Shown piece after piece: positions 1-10,084 of a stretch of 64,000 nt of DNA. Below the pieces are notes generated by a model. It searched no databases. It had not been told where the DNA came from and saw nothing but the letters and a program-made list of their open reading frames with translations. The stretch's first letter is position 1, and every line of letters starts with the position of its first letter. The translations under genes and the position numbers were made by a program. The stretch is from Candidatus Parcubacteria bacterium (lineage in GTDB: Bacteria > Patescibacteriota > Minisyncoccia > Phycocordibacterales > CAIZLB01), in NCBI GenBank assembly GCA_039795775.1, contig JBDKLC010000005.1, positions 443,958 to 507,957 of the forward strand, written 5' to 3'.

Positions 1-7
1 AAGTGCT

Positions 8-1561
8 GTGAATCCCCTTATTGCATATACAGATGCAGATAAGGATCTCGTTGCTCTTGTATACTCTGGCCTTCTCCGACAAGACTCAAACGGACAGATC
101 ATCACTGACCTTGCACAATCATGGACAGTATCTGAAGACGGACTCACCTATTCATTCAAGCTCAAACCTGAACTTACATTTCACGACGGAGTTCCGCTTA
201 CAGCTGATGATGTAGTCTTCACAATTCAAAGAGTAAAAGATGACGTGATCAATAGTCCTAAAGCTTCAAACTGGACAGGTGTATCTGTAGAAAAAGTTTC
301 TGACTTAGAAATTCGATTTACATTAAAAAAAGCGTACGCTCCGTTTGTATACAATATGACTCTTGGTATTTTGCCAAAACATATTTGGGAATCTATCGAC
401 GCACCTCTTTTTTCACGAAGTACATACAACCAGGAACCAATAGGCTCAGGACCTTATCGAGTGAAGTCAGCAAAAAGTAAAGATGGTTTTTATGAATATT
501 ATGACCTTGCTCCATTTGAAAATTATGCACTTGGAGCGGCTCATCTTGAACATATCATTATGCGCTTTTACAAAACCGAAGAAGCTGCCCTCGCGGCATA
601 CAACCTCGGTAGTGTAAAAGCTCTTGGTGGTATTTCACCAGAAAGTGCAGATGTACTTGTAGCGCAAGGTGCGAATATAAAACGTATTCCCCTTCCACGA
701 ATATTTGGTATTTTCTTCAATCAAAGTCATGCAACAGTTTTCTTGAATAAAGAAGTACGACAGGCGTTTGATGTAGCAATAAATCGTGATACTCTAATAA
801 AGCAGGTTCTCCATGGATATGGTGTTCGCGCAACGAGCCCTATCCCTGCAGGCTTCATTTCAACTGAAGACATCGCAGCAACACGAGAATCTACTACTAC
901 TGCAAGTGAAGGTGAATTAGCGAAATCCATCGAGGAAGCAAAAGATATATTGCTTTCAAATGGTTGGAAACCAAACGAACAAGGTATACTTTCAAAAAAG
1001 GTAACTCGAAATGGCTCATCTGAAAACGTGACTCTTGCGTTTACGTTGACCACTCCAAATGTGCCTGAATTGAAGCGAACAGCGGAAATCGTTCGAGATA
1101 CATGGAATCAGCTTGGTGCGAGTGTCACACTCAATATTGTAGAGCCAGGAGAATTGAATCAGAACATTATCAAGCCACGAGCATATGATGCACTTCTCTT
1201 CGGTAACGTAGTTGGTCGAGATCTCGATCTCTATCCATTCTGGCATTCATCACAGCGAAACGATCCAGGTCTCAACATTGCGATGTACGCAAACTTGAAA
1301 GCTGATCGATTGCTTGAAACTGCTCGAACAACTGCAAGTAGTACCATCCGAAATACATCATTCCAGGATTTTGAAAAAGAAATCATAAGTGATATTCCAG
1401 CAGTATTTTTATACTCACCAGAATATATTTATGTTCTTCCAAAAAAGATTCAAAACGCAGAAATTAGTAAAATAGTTTCTTCGTCAGAACGATTTTCAAC
1501 TATATACAAGTGGTATACAGATATCGACGGTGTATGGAACATTTTTATAAAAAATCAGTAG
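8..1561 (+). CDS. ABC transporter substrate-binding protein, solute-binding family 5 (peptide/nickel type). It is probably 5'-partial, because the ORF starts at the window edge.
   Basis: 517-aa ORF with the overall DppA/OppA-like architecture. Typical SBP_bac_5 segments include 'LAQSWTVSEDGLTYSFKLKPELTFHDGVPLTADDV'. Confidence 0.7.
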   Translation: MNPLIAYTDADKDLVALVYSGLLRQDSNGQIITDLAQSWTVSEDGLTYSFKLKPELTFHDGVPLTADDVVFTIQRVKDDVINSPKASNWTGVSVEKVSDLEIRFTLKKAYAPFVYNMTLGILPKHIWESIDAPLFSRSTYNQEPIGSGPYRVKSAKSKDGFYEYYDLAPFENYALGAAHLEHIIMRFYKTEEAALAAYNLGSVKALGGISPESADVLVAQGANIKRIPLPRIFGIFFNQSHATVFLNKEVRQAFDVAINRDTLIKQVLHGYGVRATSPIPAGFISTEDIAATRESTTTASEGELAKSIEEAKDILLSNGWKPNEQGILSKKVTRNGSSENVTLAFTLTTPNVPELKRTAEIVRDTWNQLGASVTLNIVEPGELNQNIIKPRAYDALLFGNVVGRDLDLYPFWHSSQRNDPGLNIAMYANLKADRLLETARTTASSTIRNTSFQDFEKEIISDIPAVFLYSPEYIYVLPKKIQNAEISKIVSSSERFSTIYKWYTDIDGVWNIFIKNQ

Positions 1562-1596
1562 AACGTGATTTTAAGTATTAAAAAATTAATTAATTT

Positions 1597-3552
1597 ATGC
1601 AAAACAGACGACCATTCAATCGACAACAGGCTCGCCCAATGAGCTCTAATCGATCAACAACAGCACTTCAGCCTAACGTACAGCGAAATGATGCTGCAGA
1701 ACGCCCACAACCTCAGCAAGGTCCAGCAGGATCTTCTGCCGGCGCTGCTCCATCTTCAGCTCGACGCTCAGCTCGAAACATGCGACGTCCTATGCGAAGT
1801 CACCGATCGGTGTCTTCTCGAGGCGAACATACTCAATCTCAAAAAGGATCTGAGGCTCTTCCTATTCCATCAGTTGGAGAAAACATTCGAATCATCCCTC
1901 TTGGTGGTGTAGAAGAAATTGGTATGAACATGTCAGTGATTGAAATCGGCAACGACATTATCGTCGTAGACGCCGGATTCAAATTCAAGGACTCAGACAC
2001 ACCAGGTATCGACTATATTCTTCCAAACACAAAATATCTCGAAGAACGAAAACACAAAGTGCGAGGTATCATCATTACTCACGGTCACCTCGACCACATT
2101 GGTGCTCTTCCATTCATCATGGATAAAATTGGTAACCCGCCTCTCTACACTCGAAACCTCACATCTATGATGCTCAAGAAGCGACAGGCTGAATTTCCTC
2201 ACCTAGCTCCTATCGACTACAAGATCGTAGAAAACAACGATCAGATCAAAATGGGCGATATGTCTATTCAGTTCTTTGGTGTAACTCACAGTATTCCAGA
2301 TTCAATGGGTGTAATTATCAAAACTCCACATGGCTGGATCGTAAACCCTGGAGACTTCAAATTGAACCACACAGACGGTGTTGTAAGTAAAGAAGAAGAA
2401 GAGGCATACAAAATTTTCGACAACGAAAACGTGCTTCTTTTCCTCGGTGAATCAACAAACATTGAAAACCCTGGCTTCTCTACTCCTGAACACATCGTAG
2501 TAGAAAACCTCGAAGAAATTGTAAAAAACATCAAAGGCCGACTTATTATGGCGATGTTCGCTTCACACGTACACCGAATTGCTCACATCGCGAAAGCCTG
2601 TGAAAAATATGGCAAAAAACTTGTCATCGAAGGTCGAAGTATGAAGAACAACATCGACATGATTATTCAGGCTGGTATTTTGAATATCAACAAGAGTACA
2701 ATCATCAACCCGCAAGATGTTGGCGATTATGCTCCCGACAAGATTGTTGTGCTCGCTACAGGTGCTCAGGGTGAAGACTTCTCTTTCCTCGACCGACTTG
2801 TAAACGACAACTACAAATACTTCAAACTCAACGACCGAGATACAGTACTTCTTTCTGCTTCTATCATTCCTGGTAACGAACGATCAGTTCAGCGACTCAA
2901 GGATGGTATTGCTCGAAAGGGTGCTCATATCATGCACTACCGAACATCAGACGTGTACATTCACTCAACAGGTCACGGTAACCGAGGAGAAATCGAATGG
3001 CTTCACCGAAAACTTCGACCGAAGTTCTTCATTCCTATTCACGGTCACCACTACATGTTGAAGCTTCATGCAGAGCTCGCTCATCAGCTAGGTATTCCTA
3101 AAGAAAACATCATCGTTCCAGATGACGGTACAATTATCGAAATTCAAGATGGCGGTCAGAAAATGACAAAGCTCTCTGTGAAAGCTCCTGACAACGTAGT
3201 AATGGTAGACGGATTCACTATTGGTGATATCCAGGACGTGGTGATTCGAGACCGACAGATTCTTTCACAAGATGGAATCTTCGTTGTTATCGCACTCATC
3301 AACGCAGCTACAGGTAAACTCAAAAAGTCTCCTGATATTATTTCTCGAGGGTCTGTATATCTCCGAGAATCTCAGGATCTTCTTCGAGAAACTCGATACC
3401 TTATCAAAAACACTGTTGAACAAACAACAGAAGGCATGCATCCAATCAACATTGATCATGTAAAAGATGTAGTATCAGATACTCTTGGTAAATTCCTCTT
3501 CCAGCAGACTGCAAAACGACCAATCGTTATTCCAGTACTTATCTGCGTGTAA
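1597..3552 (+). CDS. rnj: Ribonuclease J (beta-CASP metallo-beta-lactamase RNase) with a ~95-aa Arg/Ser/Pro/Gln-rich N-terminal extension
   Basis: The HxHxDH motif 'ITHGHLDHIGALP' is present. The MBL + beta-CASP + C-terminal domain layout matches RNase J. The N-terminal ~95 aa is low complexity (RRPMRSHRSVSSRGEH...). Confidence 0.9.
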   Translation: MQNRRPFNRQQARPMSSNRSTTALQPNVQRNDAAERPQPQQGPAGSSAGAAPSSARRSARNMRRPMRSHRSVSSRGEHTQSQKGSEALPIPSVGENIRIIPLGGVEEIGMNMSVIEIGNDIIVVDAGFKFKDSDTPGIDYILPNTKYLEERKHKVRGIIITHGHLDHIGALPFIMDKIGNPPLYTRNLTSMMLKKRQAEFPHLAPIDYKIVENNDQIKMGDMSIQFFGVTHSIPDSMGVIIKTPHGWIVNPGDFKLNHTDGVVSKEEEEAYKIFDNENVLLFLGESTNIENPGFSTPEHIVVENLEEIVKNIKGRLIMAMFASHVHRIAHIAKACEKYGKKLVIEGRSMKNNIDMIIQAGILNINKSTIINPQDVGDYAPDKIVVLATGAQGEDFSFLDRLVNDNYKYFKLNDRDTVLLSASIIPGNERSVQRLKDGIARKGAHIMHYRTSDVYIHSTGHGNRGEIEWLHRKLRPKFFIPIHGHHYMLKLHAELAHQLGIPKENIIVPDDGTIIEIQDGGQKMTKLSVKAPDNVVMVDGFTIGDIQDVVIRDRQILSQDGIFVVIALINAATGKLKKSPDIISRGSVYLRESQDLLRETRYLIKNTVEQTTEGMHPINIDHVKDVVSDTLGKFLFQQTAKRPIVIPVLICV

Positions 3553-3577
3553 GAATTCACACATAGGTTCTCAAGAA

Positions 3578-3622
3578 AAAAAACAATAAGCTCACCAGAA
3601 ATGGTGAGCTTATTGTTTTTCT
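3578..3622 (+). terminator. Rho-independent terminator after rnj
   Basis: Perfect inverted repeat 'caataagctcacc-agaaat-ggtgagcttattg' followed by a T-run (gtttttct). Confidence 0.7.
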
Positions 3623-3641
3623 GATAAAATATACACGCTGT

Positions 3642-4814
3642 ATGGATAAAGTTCTTAACTCTCTCAAATCTTTTAAATCAATGGTGACACTGTCTATATC
3701 AGTGCTTCTTCTCTCATTTCATTTTGCGTTCGTTTATTTCATCAACTCAACATTCCTCACAAAATTCGTAGATGAAGATGGTGTTGGATTTTTATATACA
3801 CTTGGTGCTCTTCTCAACATTGGTCTGTTCTTACTCATGCCTCGTTTGCTCCGAAGTAAGGGCAATTTTAAGTTACTTATATATCTCACTATTCTTGAAG
3901 CAGTCGCAATGCTTGGAATGGCCTTTTCTATTTGGCCTATTCTTAGCATGGTACTCTTCATTGTGCATTTTGCTCTGCCTCCACTTCTCATTTATTGCCT
4001 TGATATATTTTTAGAAAATGAAACAAGTCGTACAGCTGTCGGAAGTGTGCGTGGTGTATATCTTACTCTTGTAAACATTCCCTACGTTGTGACACCGTTC
4101 ATTGTAGGACTTATTCTTACAACACCAGACTATTGGAAAATTTATCTCATCTCAGCATCATTCCTTGTTCCATTTATTATTCTTATTTTTTCAAACTTTA
4201 GAAAATTTAAAGATCCTGTGTACCCCGTTGTAGAACATAGAGAAATCGTCTCTTCTTTCTATCATAATAAAAATCTTTTTGACATTTTCCTTGATAACTT
4301 CCTTTTGCAACTCTTTTACGGTTGGATGGTAATTTATATGCCAATTTATCTTCGAGACCATCTTGGTTTTGCATGGTCTGAAATCGGTTTGATGTTTAGT
4401 ATTATGTTGCTGCCATTTATTCTTTTTCAAATTCCGGTTGGCCGACTCGAAGATACAAAGCACGATGAAAAACAGATTCTCATTATGGGATTCTGTATTA
4501 TGGCCGGAGCAGTACTTCTCATTCCATTTATTAATGAACCAAACTTCGTACTCTGGACGGCTATTCTTTTTGTAAGTCGTATTGGAGCAAGTATGGTGGA
4601 AGTATCCTGTGAAAGTTATTTCTTTAAACACATTACACCAGACAATGCCACATACATTAGTTTCTTTAGAATGACACGTTCACTTCCCCTCCTTATTTCA
4701 CCAGCAATCGTAGGTATTAGTTTCTATCTCTTTGGCTTCACATACAGTTTTATCGTCCTCGGAGCTATTATGCTGTTAGGAGCACGATATGCCTTCCAGA
4801 TCACTGATAAATAG
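3642..4814 (+). CDS. Polytopic membrane protein, probably an MFS-type transporter
   Basis: 390 aa, hydrophobic throughout with ~10-12 predicted TM segments. No strong catalytic motif was found. Confidence 0.45.
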   Translation: MDKVLNSLKSFKSMVTLSISVLLLSFHFAFVYFINSTFLTKFVDEDGVGFLYTLGALLNIGLFLLMPRLLRSKGNFKLLIYLTILEAVAMLGMAFSIWPILSMVLFIVHFALPPLLIYCLDIFLENETSRTAVGSVRGVYLTLVNIPYVVTPFIVGLILTTPDYWKIYLISASFLVPFIILIFSNFRKFKDPVYPVVEHREIVSSFYHNKNLFDIFLDNFLLQLFYGWMVIYMPIYLRDHLGFAWSEIGLMFSIMLLPFILFQIPVGRLEDTKHDEKQILIMGFCIMAGAVLLIPFINEPNFVLWTAILFVSRIGASMVEVSCESYFFKHITPDNATYISFFRMTRSLPLLISPAIVGISFYLFGFTYSFIVLGAIMLLGARYAFQITDK

Positions 4815-4838
4815 GCATATTTGGCCATATACGGCCGT

Positions 4839-6224
4839 TTAAAGGCTGTTTATAGTCTCAATATACTTCTTTATATTAAATTTAGATTTGAGCCCGTTAT
4901 AGCTCATAAAACGCACTGTCCCAAAAATAGGTCTATTAAACCAGACACGGTCATGAACTCCTCCAATTGACCATGCAATACCTGCGTATCCGTTTGGATC
5001 TCTGCCATCCAATTCATACTTATCATTGAGATATATTGCTGTCTTCATGGCGTCCTGTGGCGTCTTTGACCATTCAAGGATTTTCTTTGCCCAATACATT
5101 CGCATGTATCCATGCATCTTGCCTGTTTTTGTCATTTCACGCTGAGCGGCATTCCACAAATCGTCGTGTGTCTGTGCATATTCGAATTGTTTTCTTGTGT
5201 ATGTATGTTCTCGTTCATCTTTGGCATGAAGTTCGAGCGTCTTTTTTGCCCAATCTGGAAAACCTTCATATGCATCGTACTCATCTGTATACAAACAGAA
5301 GTTATCAGACAATTCTCGTCGAACAATTATTTCATCGAGAAATGATTCTTTTGCTGTCGTAGGTGCTTTTGCATTGAGTACTTCAAGCACAACTCGTTGA
5401 GCTGATAGCTGTCCAAAATGAAGATACGGTGATAGGTCGGACTGACCTTTTTCTGTTGGATCATTTCTTTTTACATCATATGAAATAAACCGTTCTTCAA
5501 TAAATTGTTTGAGCTGTTTAGCAGCTTTTGATTTTCCTGGTTGTATCCAATCTACAGCTTTAACTTCTGTATCAATTGTTAGAGCACTCATTACATCGGA
5601 CCAATTCACGTCTGATGACACAAATGGCGCAGGATATACTTCTGGTTTCATCGCCTTAACTCTAGAAAATTTTGTCAAAAACTCTGGTACTAATTTCTTT
5701 ATTTTTGGTCGAATAGTATATGCGGCAAATTCACGTTTAGGAGATGCAAGCCACGCCGGCACAATATTGTGAGCATCTACTTCAAAAAAAGCTGTCTTTG
5801 CATCTATTTTTTTTGATACTTTCTTTATCCAATCTTTATATACTCTAAGTGGCGAAAAATCTTTTATAACAACAGTAGCTTCTCGTTCTTTAAGAAACGC
5901 AGGAATTACTTTATCTACATCTCCAATAAGCACATAAAAAGGAATATTCTTTTTTTTCAAATCAACTTCAACCTCTTGGAGCCCTTTAAGCATAAAATCA
6001 TATTGTCGTTCTGTGGCACCAAGAAATTGTGGCGCAAGATAAAAGCACACATACAGAGGTCGCTGTGCGGCCTGAGCGATCTCCTGCGCACATATAAGTG
6101 CCCAATTATCTTCTACGCGTTGGTCTCGACTCATCCAATAGACAACTGGACCAGGAATAATAGGTGCAGAACTAAGAGCTCTTGCTCGCCGCCAATCAAA
6201 CTTCTGAGGAATTGTTGAGCTCAT
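4839..6224 (-). CDS. phr: Deoxyribodipyrimidine photolyase, class II CPD photolyase
   Basis: 461 aa. The N-terminal 'VVYWMSRDQRVEDNWALI' matches class II photolyases. The C-terminal FAD-binding helical region 'DWIQPGKSKAAKQLKQFI...LSPYLHFGQLS' is present. Confidence 0.85.
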   Translation of the reverse strand: MSSTIPQKFDWRRARALSSAPIIPGPVVYWMSRDQRVEDNWALICAQEIAQAAQRPLYVCFYLAPQFLGATERQYDFMLKGLQEVEVDLKKKNIPFYVLIGDVDKVIPAFLKEREATVVIKDFSPLRVYKDWIKKVSKKIDAKTAFFEVDAHNIVPAWLASPKREFAAYTIRPKIKKLVPEFLTKFSRVKAMKPEVYPAPFVSSDVNWSDVMSALTIDTEVKAVDWIQPGKSKAAKQLKQFIEERFISYDVKRNDPTEKGQSDLSPYLHFGQLSAQRVVLEVLNAKAPTTAKESFLDEIIVRRELSDNFCLYTDEYDAYEGFPDWAKKTLELHAKDEREHTYTRKQFEYAQTHDDLWNAAQREMTKTGKMHGYMRMYWAKKILEWSKTPQDAMKTAIYLNDKYELDGRDPNGYAGIAWSIGGVHDRVWFNRPIFGTVRFMSYNGLKSKFNIKKYIETINSL

Positions 6225-6225
6225 A

Positions 6226-7449
6226 TTACTGAACGAGTGTCTTTGTTATTATAATTTTGACCTGACTTGGAGCAATTTTTGTAAGTGTGAGGTAACTTGG
6301 ATACTGTATCTGTTCCGGAGTTAGTTTGATTGTATGAGTACCGTCAGTGAGATTTGAAAGATCCAAACGCACTCGAATATCGTCTGATCCAACAACATCT
6401 ATATCGTGATCAGCACCATTCAATGATACTTGTACTATAGATGGAGTAACTTGAGCCACTTGATATCCAGGAGTAAGCTGACGAATTTCTACTGGCGCTA
6501 CAAAATCTTTGCTTACCAACCCTGCCTGTACAACCAATACCAACCATAGGATAACAGCAACGATAATAGAAAGAAGCTTTGATATAAAGTTATTTACAAG
6601 AATAAATTTCCACAAAGGTGGTCGCTCTTCGTCATGAGCATTTTCTTTCATAAACCGTTTGATAATATCGTCGAGTTCTCCTGCACTCTGCAAAATAGTG
6701 AGCTTTCCATTTTCAGCAACCGAAATAGATCCTCGTTCTTCAGACACTATAATAGCGAGACAATCTGTTCGTTCACTAATACCAATTCCCGCTCGATGTC
6801 TTGTGCCCATAGTTGCAAATCCTTTAAAATCCTCAGCCAATGGCAAATGTACACCGAACTTTTTTATTCGCTTACTTTCAATAATCATCGCACCATCATG
6901 TCCAGGTGTTGTGTGGTCAAAAATACTTAAGATAAGAGGTGAAGAGATTTTACCATCAAGTGCAAAACCACCTTCGATTGCGTCATCGAGAGGATATTCC
7001 CCTGTAATAATAACGAGTGCACCAAACTTGAGACGAGCCATCTCTTGAACAGCTTTTACAATGGTTCCCGAAATATCAGCATTGAGTGAGCCAATCTTAC
7101 GTCCGAATGTTGCCTGACCTGCTGCAAACCACCGGAAGAATCGTCTGATCTCTCTCTGAAATACAATAACGAAAATAACCAAGAAAAATGTAAGAATTGG
7201 TTGAAAAAGCTGTCGAGTAAGCCCTAGGTCAAATACTCGTGCTATATAACTTATAACAACAAGCGTTGCTAACGTTGTGAAGACAAAGTATGTTCTTGTC
7301 TGCTTAATAAAGATAAGAAGGAGATATATAAAAAAAGCAGAAATAAAAATATCCAAGGCATCTTGCCATGTAAAATTTAGAAACACAGTTGAGAGACTGT
7401 TCCATATCTCGAGAGTTGGAACGCTTGCAAGGGAGTTTAGTAGGTTCAT
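6226..7449 (-). CDS. cdaA: Diadenylate cyclase CdaA: three N-terminal TM helices plus a DAC domain, fused to an extra TM helix and a C-terminal YbbR-like domain
   Basis: DAC motifs 'HDGAMII' and 'GTRHRAGIGISERTDCLAIIVSEERGSISVA' are present. The C-terminal ~120 aa follow the TM helix 'LLSIIVAVILWLVLVV' and have YbbR-like beta-rich character (VAPVEIRQLTPGYQV...). Confidence 0.85.
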   Translation of the reverse strand: MNLLNSLASVPTLEIWNSLSTVFLNFTWQDALDIFISAFFIYLLLIFIKQTRTYFVFTTLATLVVISYIARVFDLGLTRQLFQPILTFFLVIFVIVFQREIRRFFRWFAAGQATFGRKIGSLNADISGTIVKAVQEMARLKFGALVIITGEYPLDDAIEGGFALDGKISSPLILSIFDHTTPGHDGAMIIESKRIKKFGVHLPLAEDFKGFATMGTRHRAGIGISERTDCLAIIVSEERGSISVAENGKLTILQSAGELDDIIKRFMKENAHDEERPPLWKFILVNNFISKLLSIIVAVILWLVLVVQAGLVSKDFVAPVEIRQLTPGYQVAQVTPSIVQVSLNGADHDIDVVGSDDIRVRLDLSNLTDGTHTIKLTPEQIQYPSYLTLTKIAPSQVKIIITKTLVQ

Positions 7450-7457
7450 AAGGTTCT

Positions 7458-8456
7458 TTATAATCCAACGCAGCTATTAAATTTCTTTACGCTTTCATTA
7501 TACAAAGCAATCTTTTGTTTCAAAACTGTAAGCATTGCATTATATGCTTCTACTGCTTTGTTATACATTTCAACATTACTTTTATACGCATCTCCAGAAG
7601 TTTGGTCAATAGATTTTTTCTGTTCTTGCAGAGAAGCTTCTTTAGCCACTAAGTCATCTTCCATTGTATCTATCGCCTGTTTTTCGTCTTTGTTTGGAGA
7701 TGGACATGCTTCGATTGGAGTACCAAAATGCTGCACAGCAATCCACTGTTTTTTACCTTCATACAGTCGCTGACCTACAGCGATACCTATTTCTTGATAC
7801 TTTTTATTGAGAATATTAGCCTTGTGACCAGGACTCGCCATCCATGCAGCCACTACTTTTTCGTCACCACCAAAGTTACCCAATGCCAAGTTTTCACCAA
7901 TAACAATAAATGAGTAGCCAGCTTTATCTGCAAGATCAGCAACACTTACTCCTGTAGGCGATACATGCTCGAAGTATTGGTTTTTGAACATGTCATCAAG
8001 TTTGAGCTGTGCTGACGCTGAAAGCTTGGTGTTAGGATTAAGAGCCTTGAGACCAGCCTTATACCTCTCAGTATTTGTAAACGCAATGATACCTGTAGCC
8101 GTAAGACTTGTATCTGTATCAATAACATTAGATTTTACTGGTGGAAGTGCCGCTGACTCTTTTTTTGTAGTAGCGGTGATGATCTGTTCTGCTGTTTTTG
8201 TAGCTGAGCCAAATGTAGTTGTTGCTTTTACGTACGGTACAACTTTTGGTACAACAGCTACTGGACTCATTTGTCCAGGAAGTGGTGAGTAATCACTGAG
8301 ACTGGTAGTTGCCGTTTTTAGATTATTGAAAAAAGACTTAAATGGCTGTACCACTAAGACATTAAGATTTGGACCTGTCTTCTGAACCGGATCTCGAAGG
8401 ATATATAACCCCACGAAAAATATAGCTAGAAGCAGTAGTGCTCTGGAAATTCCCAT
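7458..8456 (-). CDS. CAP/SCP (PR-1-like, YkwD-type) domain protein with N-terminal TM anchor and C-terminal coiled coil
   Basis: CAP motifs 'GENLALGNFGGDEKVVAAWMASPGHKANIL' and 'YQEIGIAVGQ'. An N-terminal hydrophobic anchor is present. Confidence 0.7.
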   Translation of the reverse strand: MGISRALLLLAIFFVGLYILRDPVQKTGPNLNVLVVQPFKSFFNNLKTATTSLSDYSPLPGQMSPVAVVPKVVPYVKATTTFGSATKTAEQIITATTKKESAALPPVKSNVIDTDTSLTATGIIAFTNTERYKAGLKALNPNTKLSASAQLKLDDMFKNQYFEHVSPTGVSVADLADKAGYSFIVIGENLALGNFGGDEKVVAAWMASPGHKANILNKKYQEIGIAVGQRLYEGKKQWIAVQHFGTPIEACPSPNKDEKQAIDTMEDDLVAKEASLQEQKKSIDQTSGDAYKSNVEMYNKAVEAYNAMLTVLKQKIALYNESVKKFNSCVGL

Positions 8457-8504
8457 TACATAATTGTACCCGCGGAGTATGAATATGACAATCTGTTTCC
8501 CTGT

Positions 8505-9272
8505 CTAGTTCTTATGTGAAATTTGTGTGGCTTCTAGGCACATAAAAAGCGGTATTTCTTTGCGTGCGAGATCTTCTGCCAGTGCTCGAGGACCTTTCTG
8601 ACTTTTCTTGTGTGATGTCCACTCTTCAAGGCGTGTAATAGCAAAGCCTCTTTTTGTAAGCCATTTTATAAATACCTGAAGTGGTCGGTGGAATGAGTAT
8701 GTAAAGACTTTCTTTTCTGATCCAGGATACATGTCTATCTTTACTTGCGTCTCTGAGAGATATTTATATGTTACTCGGCCTTGTCGTTTGCCTTGTTCAT
8801 CAAAATACCAATCTGACGATTGAGGAACACGAAATGTTGGATGGTTGAGCACAAGTACAAGACGGCCTCCTGGTTTGAGGATACGTTGGCATTCTGCAAA
8901 CGTCTCATCAAGCTCTTTTATATTTTGAGCTGCAAGTACTGAATATACAGTGTCGTATGATGCATCTTTAAGAAAGCCGAGTTTGTGTGCCGATGATACT
9001 TCAAAGATAACATTTGGGAGTCTGATTTTTTTCTTTGCTGTTTGAACAAGTTCAGAAGAAATATCTACACCCATAATATCTGCCCCCGATGCAGCCATGT
9101 GAGCAGCAAAGAATCCTTGACCACAAGCCAAATCAAGAATACGTTGACCCTTTTGTGGATCAACGATTCTTTGAATATTTGGCAGAATGACTTGTTGTTG
9201 GTACGAATCGCTATCACTGAGGTATTCGTCATACCATGATGCGACCTTTCCCCACGATGTATCTTTATTCAT
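8505..9272 (-). CDS. Class I SAM-dependent methyltransferase
   Basis: Motif I 'ILDLACGQGFF', motif post-I 'VDIS', and 'LKPGGRLVLV'. Confidence 0.75.
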   Translation of the reverse strand: MNKDTSWGKVASWYDEYLSDSDSYQQQVILPNIQRIVDPQKGQRILDLACGQGFFAAHMAASGADIMGVDISSELVQTAKKKIRLPNVIFEVSSAHKLGFLKDASYDTVYSVLAAQNIKELDETFAECQRILKPGGRLVLVLNHPTFRVPQSSDWYFDEQGKRQGRVTYKYLSETQVKIDMYPGSEKKVFTYSFHRPLQVFIKWLTKRGFAITRLEEWTSHKKSQKGPRALAEDLARKEIPLFMCLEATQISHKN

Positions 9273-9723
9273 CTTTTTTTACTGTCGCAGATTTTGTTTT
9301 AGGTTTAGCTTTTGTAGTCTTTGTAACTTTCTTTGCTTTTGAAACAAGAGAATTCTTTACTTGAGACATTTTTCGAACTCCGTGGTGGAGCTCTTTTTGG
9401 ATGTTTTTCCAGTGTTCCTTAAGCTCTTTAGAAATCTGTACGACTTCTCGTGAATCAATATGCTTGAGTGATTCATATCGCTTAAGAACTGCATCTACTA
9501 CTTTGTGATATGCCTCTTCATTTACATCCTTGAGTACTTCGATCTTTTCGAGGATTTCTCCTTTGGCCTTAACTGACCAGCCTTTGATCTGCTGTCGAGC
9601 ATGTTTACCCTTTTTTGTACCATAGAGGAAATAAGCACCAGCTGTGGCTGCTGCTGCTACTCCAATAATACCTCCGACTATAGCTCCTGCATTTGATGAC
9701 TTCTGTGGTTGTTTGTGTGCCAT
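9265..9723 (-). CDS. YtxH-like (DUF948-neighbour) general-stress membrane protein
   Basis: The N-terminal 'GAIVGGIIGVAAAATAGAYFLYGTKKGKHARQQIKG' matches the YtxH signature of a Gly-rich TM helix followed by KSGKE. The rest is a Lys-rich helical tail. Confidence 0.5.
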   Translation of the reverse strand: MAHKQPQKSSNAGAIVGGIIGVAAAATAGAYFLYGTKKGKHARQQIKGWSVKAKGEILEKIEVLKDVNEEAYHKVVDAVLKRYESLKHIDSREVVQISKELKEHWKNIQKELHHGVRKMSQVKNSLVSKAKKVTKTTKAKPKTKSATVKKDE

Positions 9724-9741
9724 ACGTGTTTATTAAAGGGT

Positions 9742-10077
9742 TTATAAATCTGATTCCCCTTCTTCACTAGACGGTTCATGTTTGTGATTCTTACGACGTG
9801 GACCTGTTTTAGCACTTTCTTTCTTTTTTGTGAAGAACTTACTAAAAAACCCAATGAGTGGAATAACCTTCATACCCTCTTCTCGAATTCGAGTTCGGAG
9901 TTCGTGAATGTCTCGAGTAACATGATCACTTTCAATTTTGATCTTTTCAGAAATATGTTCAACGTTACGAGCAATTCGAATAATGTAGTAGAGCAACACA
10001 GCTACTCCAATTGCTAACACAATAGTCACAACACTGGTGATAAAAAAGAAAATATTAGCTTGGATAAGTGTGTTCAT
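9742..10077 (-). CDS. YtxG-like (DUF948) membrane protein
   Basis: Single N-terminal TM followed by a helical domain. It lies adjacent to the YtxH-like gene, as in the Bacillus ytxG-ytxH arrangement. Confidence 0.4.
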   Translation of the reverse strand: MNTLIQANIFFFITSVVTIVLAIGVAVLLYYIIRIARNVEHISEKIKIESDHVTRDIHELRTRIREEGMKVIPLIGFFSKFFTKKKESAKTGPRRKNHKHEPSSEEGESDL

Positions 10078-10084
10078 AAATAAT

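Noticed and set aside
1688-1912. 74-aa plus-strand ORF inside the rnj 5' region
   Set aside because: It is fully embedded in an alternative frame of the RNase J low-complexity N-terminal coding region.
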